This document shows positions 53,601 through 61,286 of a DNA stretch of 64,000 nt, piece by piece. A model generated the notes under the pieces. It was given only the letters and a program-made list of their open reading frames with translations. It searched no databases and was not told the DNA's origin. The stretch is from an uncultured Nitrospiraceae bacterium. GTDB lineage: Bacteria > Nitrospirota > Thermodesulfovibrionia > Thermodesulfovibrionales > Dissulfurispiraceae. The stretch spans positions 832,001 to 896,000 of the forward strand of contig CAVSHF010000003.1 of the NCBI GenBank assembly GCA_963727805.1, read 5' to 3'. The translations under genes and the position numbers were made by a program. Each line of letters opens with the position of its first letter. Within the stretch, counting starts at the first letter, position 1.

Positions 53601-53889
53601 TCCTCTCCTTTTCGGCCCTTTTACGCTCGACAATGTCTTCTTGCAGCCTTTTTCTTTCAAGTCCCATCTTTGTTGTGTACCTAAGTATAGGCACTATCAC
53701 GGAAACCACGATGAGGGACACGACAATGGCGTCGACGGCACCGACTTCGATAAGTTCCCTTGAAATCATGCCATGCCGAAAGATACTTTGAAGCGAAGTA
53801 AGGACGAAGGTAAAAACTTCCGAAAATAGTACCGCAACAAGAATAAATTGCCAATTCTTTATACGTTCCAATGTTCGGAATATATCCAT
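50626..53889 (-). CDS. membrane histidine kinase, GAF(Cys-rich)-PAS-GAF-PAS-PAS-HisKA-HATPase
   Basis: two [27 protein letters not shown]. Confidence 0.93.
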   Translation of the reverse strand: MDIFRTLERIKNWQFILVAVLFSEVFTFVLTSLQSIFRHGMISRELIEVGAVDAIVVSLIVVSVIVPILRYTTKMGLERKRLQEDIVERKRAEKERTIAVDFLRLVNESRNKKDMVQSAATFLQQHSGCEATGIRLHDQNDYPYYEARGFPVEFVLAENSLCSHSTTGAVICDSTGNPVLDCMCGNVICGRFDPSKPFFTHGGSFWTNSTTELLATTTEADRQARTRNRCNGEGYESVALIALHVGEDRLGLLQLNDRQKGRFSPEDIALWERLAGHLAVALAKFEAEDLLRGSEELYHSLFDNMLNGFAYCRMLFSEDQPQDFIYLAVNDAFTTLTGLKNVVGKKVSEVIPEIRKSDPEVFEIYGRVALSGKPERFEMYVAALRMWFWISVYSPQKEHFVAVFDVITERKQAEAKLIRINRLLAVLSHVNLAIAEANDRAQFFEDICRIMVERGNFRMAWIGLVNWDSDYIDVASHFGYEEGYLNLIRITIDSSVPGGRGPTGTAVRENRHIINNSTQENVYMGPWSDEAIKRGYLSSAAFPIREHKQVIGAITVYISESAYFEKDEIELMQEIVDSISFAVDSFAQKELRKQAEEKLREAKAFTESTLNAIDDIFYAYDLNGKLLICNEALSRITGYSYEELHSMPPTDFFAEKDRKRISKSIGIVLNEGRAKQDAYLLLKDHRQIPYEFMGSVLKDHHSNISGFAGMARDITERKKIEQKIINAKKEWEDTFDAITELIFIHDSDGRIIRANKAYEQMTGMSPVDFVGRPYYEIFPKTDTSDDLCKEAVKSRRPALKEVTIDSIGKTFSVRMYPKRDEEGKYLYSVHVMMDITERKKVIEAEIMKETAEAANKAKSDFLASMSHEFRTPLNAIIGFSELMATGLSGPLTDQQKGHVTDIFTSGRHLLSLVEDILDLSKVEAGKMELQMNEFNIKRLVETSIALFKEKEYKHNLQMTFEIAEGLDTMIGDERKIKQVLFNLLGNAVKFTPDGGTIHVVAALTDDREFFKYSVSDTGIGISPEDRNKLFKPFEQVDTRLTRKYKGTGLGLSLCKQLVELHGGRIWVESETGKGSKFMFTIPVRPGA

Positions 53890-54071
53890 AGTTGCAATTA
53901 TATCAGGTGCTATCTAATCCTGCTACTTATTTCTTAACTCTTGTTTCTTAACTCTGTGTTTTTTAACCCCGAATTGATTCACATAAAATGTTACCGGAGG
54001 TGAAAAGAAGAAGTATCGTTGACTCATAATGCATGTTACCGAGGAAAAGCATGCATGGATAGGAAGGTACT

Positions 54072-54431
54072 ATGAGTCCACGATCCAGAAAAGAATATCT
54101 CGAAGTCATATATGTTCGATACAAAAAAGCTTCTCGTAAAGAGAAAACGGGTATTCTCGATGAATTCTGTGCCTCATGCTGGTATCACCGAAAACATGCT
54201 ATACGATTGATTCATACGTTCAGACGCTATCAGAAAGCGAAGCACAAGAAGAGGGGTAGCCTTCTGTTTACCACAAAGAATCTATCCTTAGGCCTCTGAA
54301 GTGCATTTGGCATGCAGCAAACCTCCATTGCTCCAAAAGACTCAAAACGATCCTTCCTCTTTGGCTGCCCAGTTATCAAAAGCGGTATGGTTCGCTTTCA
54401 GAAGAGGAAAGGCAGGCACTCCTTAGCATTC
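54072..54431 (+). pseudogene. frameshifted N-terminal fragment of an integrase-core (ISNCY-type) transposase
   Basis: RYKKASRKEKTGILDEFC...YHRKHAIRL; second frame IWHAANLHCSKRLK..LPLWL; truncated. Confidence 0.7.
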
Positions 54432-54551
54432 GTACTCTGCATGCAATTGCCTTATTCTGAAATTGGGGATAAATCGGTGCAACCTCAATTGCGCATCGAT
54501 GCTAATTTCTGCGTGTCAAAAGGATTCATTCATTGAAGCGGCTATCCGAGG

Positions 54552-55189
54552 GTCGAGTAGGCCGGTGGAATCGCACCACCAGCCCCTCACAGATTCCGTA
54601 CGTGAACCTCTCGATTCATACGGCTCGTGTCAATCATCAAGTTGAGTCTTTGCAGTCTCAACCATACACATTGAGCGATAGTTCCTCCTGGTCACCCAGT
54701 TGACTGGTACTCTTTGTGGATTGACCCATCCCCTTCCCTCCACGGCTTATTATCACCGCTTCATCGGTACTATTGGACGGTCCGACCCCTTCACCTGCAT
54801 CGATACTTTCCCCCTTCGTTTGCACTTATAGGGTTTTCTCTTAGCATCAGATGAAGAGTTCCCGCGTTCCACACAGGAGCCTAGATCAGCTTCATGCCGC
54901 CTCTATGCCGGACGCCGTTCAGGCAGTAAACAGGTATCTCCTGAACTAATCCTGATGCAAAGTAAGAACATCAGTTTTGACGTCGTCCTTTTCCTTTCGA
55001 CACCTCATCAGCGGTTCGCTTACGCTCATCTCTCTGATCCATCCCTGACACGATCTAGTCGTGCCTTTTCCTTTAACGCTCACCACCGGAGCCTTTCGAC
55101 TACAGCAGCTTAAGGTGGGTTGAAGCCTGCTCCTGCAAGCCGGCTTCGAGGGGCCAACCCTCATCTTCCTGTGCAGCCTCGTGGCGCAC
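54552..55189 (-). ncRNA. ORF-less group II intron (638 nt)
   Basis: 5' GUGCG; domain V GAGCCGUAUG..GAGAG..CACGUACGG; domain VI ending CUACUCGAC; EBS1 UUACUUUG complementary to the 5' exon CAAAGUAA. Confidence 0.9.
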
Positions 55190-55524
55190 TTACTTTGGGC
55201 AATCACCAAATTTCTAGTACTGGCAATATCGATGGTTCTCAATAGAACCAGGTCAGCTGTCTGGATATGGTTGCCGTGCTGATTTCGACATGAACCCCAC
55301 AGACTGAATATTTGCCTTAGGGCAAAGGTTAGAAACGGTAGGACTAAACCGCTGCGCGGTGGATTCGATTAGCAAGGGCCTATCAGTAGTAGTACCATCT
55401 TTTTCGAATAGCCACTTTTGCCTGATCACATTTCTTTGTTGAACCATCGAAGTCTTTTTACAATCTCTCTTTGCTGTGCTGCCGGCATGAGCTGGCAGAA
55501 AACAGTTTCAAAGGAGATTGTATT

Positions 55525-56370
55525 ATGAGCGCGTTGAAAGAACGGTTGCTGCAGGATCTTCAGTTGAAGGGCATTACGCTTGGTGTCCAAAGGAAATATC
55601 TCCGGGAAGTCGGTAACCTTGAGAATTATTTCGGCAAGTCTCCTGAAGAACTGAGTACAGAGGAAGTGAAGCAGTATCTGGTTCATCTTATGGAAGAAAG
55701 GGGTTTAACGAGGGGGACATACAGAACCTATGTGGCCGGGATCAAGTTCCTTTATAATACGACCCTGAATCGTGCGGATGTAGTCAATAATATTCAATAT
55801 CCGAAAGCCCAGAAGAAGCTGCCTCTCGTTTTGGATTTGTCCGAAGTCCAGGCGATTTTCTCAGTCACTGAAAACATCAAGCACAAGGCGCTTCTGATGA
55901 TCACCTATTCTGCCGGGTTGAGAATAAGTGAAGCTGCGCGACTGAAGGTGACAGATATCGACAGCAAGAGTATGCTGGTTTATGTCCGTCTTGGAAAAGG
56001 GGCAAAGGACCGTTACTCCATCTTATCGCAGACTGCCCTTGAGTGCTTAAGACAGTATTGGAGGGAATATCGCCCGGAGGAGTGGTTATTTGAAGGCGAG
56101 AAGGACAACACCCATATCACTATAAGCTCCATCTACCAGATATTCCAAAAATCCAAGAAACGCGCCGGCATCGCAAAGAATGCTTGCGTGCATACTCTGA
56201 GGCATAGTTTTGCGACACACCTTATCGAGGCGGGGACTAGTCTTCATCATGTCCAACTGCTTCTTGGGCACAGGTCACCGACGACCACGACCGTTTATCT
56301 TCATGTCAGCAAGATGAATCTGGCAAAAGTTGTCAGTCCGCTGGACATAGCAACTAAAAAATATCTGTAG
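55525..56370 (+). CDS. tyrosine recombinase
   Basis: protein identical to copies 1 and 2. Confidence 0.95.
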   Translation: MSALKERLLQDLQLKGITLGVQRKYLREVGNLENYFGKSPEELSTEEVKQYLVHLMEERGLTRGTYRTYVAGIKFLYNTTLNRADVVNNIQYPKAQKKLPLVLDLSEVQAIFSVTENIKHKALLMITYSAGLRISEAARLKVTDIDSKSMLVYVRLGKGAKDRYSILSQTALECLRQYWREYRPEEWLFEGEKDNTHITISSIYQIFQKSKKRAGIAKNACVHTLRHSFATHLIEAGTSLHHVQLLLGHRSPTTTTVYLHVSKMNLAKVVSPLDIATKKYL

Positions 56371-56391
56371 CACTCTGAGCCGTAAATCCAG

Positions 56392-57588
56392 ATGCGCCAG
56401 TCTCGTGGTGTGGAGGTGGCGGATATCTTACGCCGCTACGGCTCCGATTATCGGCAGTCTCATTCCTTGCCTCTTCGTCATCTGCGGGCCATGCACGCCG
56501 TGGAGATATGCAGGACGGCAGCACTCGGAGGCCATAGGGACAAGTGCGAGGATTGCGGCCACGTCGAGATATCCTACAACTCCTGCCGGAACAGGCACTG
56601 TCCCAAATGCCAGACCCTGAAAAAAGAACAGTGGATTGAGGCCAGACAACAGGACCTTTTGCCCATCCAGTACTTCCATGTAGTTTTCACTATCCCGTCG
56701 GAACTCAATCCGGTTGTCATAATGAATCAGAAGGTCATGTATGATCTGCTGTTCCGTTGTGTCTCCGAAACTCTCACCGAACTCTCAAATGACCAGAAGC
56801 ATCTCGGTGCCCGCATCGGCTTCATCAGCATCCTTCATACCTGGGGGCAGAATCTGATGGACCATCCCCATATCCACTGTGTCGTCACCGGAGGCGGCCT
56901 GTCTTGCGACGGAGACAGTTGGGTATCCTGCCGCAAAGGCTTCTTCATTCCGGTCAGGGTAATGTCGGCGTTGTTCCGGGGAAAGTTCCTCGATCATCTG
57001 AAAAGGATCTTTGAAGCGGGTGATCTTATCTTTCCCGGAGGAATAAGTCATCTCGGCGATTCCCATACCTTCGAGATGCTCAGAAGAAAGCTTTATCACA
57101 AGAAGTGGGTTGTCTACTGCAAACCGCCCTTCGACGGAGTTGGCGGCGTCCTGCAATATCTCGGCCGATATACGCACAGGATCGCCATCAGCAACAATCG
57201 TATAATCGAGGCCGAAAACGGCAAGGTCTCGTTCAAATGGCGTGATTACGCAGATGACGATAAGCACAAGGTGATGACTCTGCAGGCCGATGAGTTCATC
57301 AGAAGATTCCTTCTGCATGTACTGCCGAATCGATACGTTCGGATAAGGCACTTCGGCCTGCTGGCAAACAGGAAACGTAGAGATAACATTGCTGCATGCC
57401 GCGAGCTTCTTGACAGTCACAACACCGTAATGAAAGAGCAGGACAAGCCTGAGACCTGGCAGGAACAGCTGCTAAGGATCTGCGGCATTGACGTCACCAC
57501 CTGCCCCGTTTGCAAAAAAGGCAAGATGCGCCGAATTGAGATTCTGCCTCCCCGCCGCTGCAACGATCCTCCGGAGCAATGCCGATGA
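56392..57588 (+). CDS. IS91-family transposase
   Basis: protein identical to copies 1 and 2. Confidence 0.95.
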   Translation: MRQSRGVEVADILRRYGSDYRQSHSLPLRHLRAMHAVEICRTAALGGHRDKCEDCGHVEISYNSCRNRHCPKCQTLKKEQWIEARQQDLLPIQYFHVVFTIPSELNPVVIMNQKVMYDLLFRCVSETLTELSNDQKHLGARIGFISILHTWGQNLMDHPHIHCVVTGGGLSCDGDSWVSCRKGFFIPVRVMSALFRGKFLDHLKRIFEAGDLIFPGGISHLGDSHTFEMLRRKLYHKKWVVYCKPPFDGVGGVLQYLGRYTHRIAISNNRIIEAENGKVSFKWRDYADDDKHKVMTLQADEFIRRFLLHVLPNRYVRIRHFGLLANRKRRDNIAACRELLDSHNTVMKEQDKPETWQEQLLRICGIDVTTCPVCKKGKMRRIEILPPRRCNDPPEQCR

Positions 57589-58008
57589 AAACCGTGGTCG
57601 TTTCAAAAATCGCCTCAATATCGCCCCGCGAAAAAAACATCTCTTTTCGCAACACGGTCTTGTTGTCCGAAAACGCCACTTTCGGCCCTTGCACATCATC
57701 GCAAAGGTCAAACAGGGGCATTAAAGACGCTGCCTATCAGCCTTGTTCAGCAAGACTTGCTCCTATATATCCTAAAAGATGCCACTGCCGATAGTATAAG
57801 GAAGGATAATCTTCGATTGAATTGACATATCCGCACAGCGGCTTAGTCCTTCACACGTCAATCCGCAACTTCGCAGCGGATTGACGCTTATTCGTAACTG
57901 TTACTGTGGCAAAATGTCTGCAGTGCGAAGTAGTCGGTGAACTTGAGATCAGAGAGGTCGTATTTTCTGGGGCATAATGTCATCGATATGTTAAATCATC
58001 CCGTCTGG

Positions 58009-58104
58009 CGTCCGAACTAAATTGGAATAGGTGCCCGAACTGTATTGGAATGCCTGTCCGAACTAAATCGGAACGGCTGTCCGAACCTACCCGGAATTTC
58101 CACA
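58009..58104 (-). repeat. IS21-family-like terminal sequence (four TTCGGACA-type repeats, CA end)
   Basis: minus strand TGTGGAAATTCC..TTCGGACA x4 at about 23-bp period; 21-bp exact match to 15646-15666. Confidence 0.65.
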
Positions 58105-58438
58105 GCTGGACAGCACACTCCCTGCAGCCTTGCAGAAGTTGGATTGCCAAAAAATTAACACTTGTGGCGACCTGTGGTAGGCGTTTATTTCAGGGAACAC
58201 ACTGACGTAACGGTTCTGAAGGCCGAGGAAGCAACAAAGTTCCTCTGCCTATCCGATCTCTCTACTTTTTTTATTTACATTTATTGGTAAATGGAAGTAT
58301 TGCACGAAGAGAGCGACTCCATCTTGGCCGCACCTATTACATCGCATTCTATTATTGCGAAAACTGTTTTATGTGCAGCCAATCAACGTGCGTCTAAATT
58401 ATATTCGAGTGGCTGAAAGAGTCCCGGGGTTCAAGTTG

Positions 58439-59017
58439 TTACAGCAGGGACTTCTCTGTGACAATCTCTTGAGGCAGCGGTTTAAGCTCCTCCGATGGTG
58501 TGTCAGCTGATGACGTATCATTTTCATTCTGCACAGGTTGCTGGAGAGTATCTGTAGTGAAATTATCCGTCTGCTTCAAATTATCTTGTACTGGTTGCAT
58601 TTCTGATGCAGTGGATGCATTCGGCAGATTCGTCAGAATAGCTGCGAGTATGGCGCGCGCTCGGGGGGACTCGTTTGCGAATACACCGACACGGACAGCA
58701 ACCATACATGATTCTGTGCTGATGGACGTAATTTCTATCCAGACTGTGTCGCTATCAGACTTGGACTTTATTCCCACTGATGTGCCATCTTGATACTGGC
58801 CAGTGATGGACATATTGAGTTCAGTAAGAGTTGCAACTGTCGCTTCATACGCTGCAAGAGCAGATACATTTACCTTTTCTTCAAGTTGCTTATCAGCATT
58901 AATGGCCGTTTTGATATCCGCAACGCCACTCGACATAGTAGCACATGCCATTTGAACAAGAAACAGCCCGCATAAAAGAAATCTGATCAGCTTCAATCCA
59001 AATGCTTTGTCGTGCAT
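58439..59017 (-). CDS. lipoprotein, DUF3568-like
   Basis: lipobox-like MAC; YEAT..L.EL, V.I.I, VRVGVF..E; low-complexity tail. Confidence 0.6.
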   Translation of the reverse strand: MHDKAFGLKLIRFLLCGLFLVQMACATMSSGVADIKTAINADKQLEEKVNVSALAAYEATVATLTELNMSITGQYQDGTSVGIKSKSDSDTVWIEITSISTESCMVAVRVGVFANESPRARAILAAILTNLPNASTASEMQPVQDNLKQTDNFTTDTLQQPVQNENDTSSADTPSEELKPLPQEIVTEKSLL

Positions 59018-59360
59018 ATTTTTTTCCCCTCAAATAGGTTTGTCTGGCAAATATACATTTCCTAGATTATTATAGCAGATGCACGTGCTGATTTCAGAGG
59101 TTGCAGGAGGGGAAAACTATATCGACATAACATTTAATAATACATTGCGCGCTATTTCGTTTGCGATTTTATCAACACAATTCAGATCTGGCTGCCGCCG
59201 TATTTATTTCTAAAAGAATATTACAAGGTTAGGTGTAGGCGGCTTGCGAGAATTACAAGAATTAGCGTTGCGCAGACCATTTTCCCGGACCCTGCATAGT
59301 TTGCCCCGAACTATTCACAGCCCTTGGCGACAACACGTGCAATGAATCGTTTTGGGCTTA

Positions 59361-61103
59361 TTATTGCCGCGGCAGAGTGAAACTGAAGGTGCTTCCCTTG
59401 CCGGCGGCACTCTCCACCCAGATTTCACCACTGTGGGCTTTTACGATCATTTTTGTGATTGACAGACCAAGACCCGATCCCTTGTTAGTCCCGGGTACTC
59501 GATAAAAAGCATCGAATATGTGAGGGAGGTGATCTTCGGGAATGCCAATACCAGTAGCCTTCACCTGAACAAGAACCTTAGTTTCAAGATTTCGAAGCTT
59601 GATGTTGACAGATTCGCCCTCAGTCGTATGCTTGACAGCATTATCTAGAAGATTTGCGATCACCCTCTGCATCATTACTTCATCGGCCATCAAGATCGGA
59701 AAAGGCTCCTCTGAGAATTCACAAATTATCCTTATTTGTTTATCGGCGGTCATTAACGTTGAGACCTCGATCTGTTTTCGAACAGCAGCCTCTATGTCGA
59801 AAGGCCCCATAACCGGGTTATATTCCCCCGCTTCAAGGCGTGAAAACAAGATGAAATCTGCAAGCATATCTTCAGCCGCTGTCAAGCCATCCGCTATCGG
59901 TATGACATCGGCATCGGCAAGACGGTAGCTGCCCGAGCGGATTCTGGATAAAAGCCAAATGGACGGGACGATCGCATCCTTGATATCGTGTGCGAACATT
60001 GACAGTATGTTCTCACGCTCTCTCTGCAGTTTTTTTACTTCTCTTAAATTACGCCTCAGTTCCCTCAGCATTCTGTGACGTTCAATTGCATATTGAATCG
60101 TCTTTTGTAGGAGAGCGCCATCTACCTCCCCTTTGACAATATAGTCCTGGGCGCCGCTCCGCACCGCGGTCGCCGCAAGTTCTTTGTCGCTGAGCCCAGT
60201 CAGCAAAACTATGGGGACATCCGGAATGACTGTGTTTATTTTGATGAATGTTTCGATGCCCTGACTGTCCGGCAGCGTAAGATCGGACAAGACAATATCG
60301 AAGCTTTCCTTTTGAAGCAGTCCGACCGCCGACGACAGGCGTTTAACACACATAATATCCAGGTGGACGTCTTTTGCATCAGTCGCAAGAGCTCGTACTA
60401 AATCTGCATCCCCCGGATCATCTTCAATCAGAAGTACCCTGATCTTATGAGGCTCTTTTGACAAATCGGCTGCTCCGCTTTCCATGAGTTCAGGGGACTC
60501 TTTTTTGATATGCTCATATATTTCGGGTTCCATCTTCTCAAGGCATTCCGGGCAGATGCCGTGAGAAAAGGATGCATCTGTGTGTTGCTCAATATACTTC
60601 TCTACTTTTTCCCAGTAACCCTTATGGTTGTGGACCTTCCGGCACCAAGCGCACATCGGTATGAGGCCTCTGAGTGTTTTTATTTCCCTTAACTGCTTAT
60701 CAACCTCAGTAAACAGTTTTTGCCGCTCGATGGAATATCTTATTCGCCGAAGAATCGAGTTGCCTTTAGCCACGCCTTTGATCAAATAATCCTGTGCGCC
60801 TTTATGAACGGCATCGATAGCGATATCCTGATTGCTTAATCCGGAGAGCACAACTACCGGTGTGTGCGGAAATTCAGCGTGGATCTTCATGAAAGTTTCA
60901 ACGCCTTCGCTGTCTGGAAGTTTCAGGTCGGTCACTACTATATCAAATGTCTCTGTCTTCAGCAGCTCAATCGCAGATAACACCCGACTTATCAATTGCA
61001 ATTCTATCTGTTCATCTTCAGCCTGCACAAGACTGCGGAATAGTTCGGCATCGTCAGGGTCATCTTCGATCAGCAAGACTCTTATCGATTTCTTCTTGTC
61101 CAT
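59361..61103 (-). CDS. hybrid kinase, REC-Cys/His module-REC-HisKA-HATPase
   Basis: two REC domains; CAWC..W..E.Y..FSHGICPEC; FAHDIK; GSGLGL. Confidence 0.88.
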   Translation of the reverse strand: MDKKKSIRVLLIEDDPDDAELFRSLVQAEDEQIELQLISRVLSAIELLKTETFDIVVTDLKLPDSEGVETFMKIHAEFPHTPVVVLSGLSNQDIAIDAVHKGAQDYLIKGVAKGNSILRRIRYSIERQKLFTEVDKQLREIKTLRGLIPMCAWCRKVHNHKGYWEKVEKYIEQHTDASFSHGICPECLEKMEPEIYEHIKKESPELMESGAADLSKEPHKIRVLLIEDDPGDADLVRALATDAKDVHLDIMCVKRLSSAVGLLQKESFDIVLSDLTLPDSQGIETFIKINTVIPDVPIVLLTGLSDKELAATAVRSGAQDYIVKGEVDGALLQKTIQYAIERHRMLRELRRNLREVKKLQRERENILSMFAHDIKDAIVPSIWLLSRIRSGSYRLADADVIPIADGLTAAEDMLADFILFSRLEAGEYNPVMGPFDIEAAVRKQIEVSTLMTADKQIRIICEFSEEPFPILMADEVMMQRVIANLLDNAVKHTTEGESVNIKLRNLETKVLVQVKATGIGIPEDHLPHIFDAFYRVPGTNKGSGLGLSITKMIVKAHSGEIWVESAAGKGSTFSFTLPRQ

Positions 61104-61286
61104 ATTTTTTGCCTCTCCGTACTTTTTAAGTGTATAAACTTTCTAGTACCATTCAAAAATTAAATGTTATTTTTGGTTAAAAAGCACGATACCCGGTTAA
61201 GCAAGCAGTTGCTTTTTGTTTCTGGAAATCCTCGGTCATGATACATTTTACAATTGTGATCAATTATTGTTTGCAATTGTAATAAA

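Larger units (their letters stand above)
55338..57896 (+). mobile_element. tyrosine recombinase + IS91-type transposase element, copy 3 (inverted)
   Basis: 2559 bp, identical proteins; bounded by GTA/GTA. Confidence 0.93.

Noticed and set aside
54946..55242. 98-aa ORF as an intron-encoded protein
   Set aside because: Overlaps ribozyme domain I and has no RT motifs (no YADD)
58009..58104. Short periodic repeats as a mini CRISPR array
   Set aside because: About 23-bp period, degenerate, no unique spacers and no cas genes; the TG..CA architecture fits transposon ends
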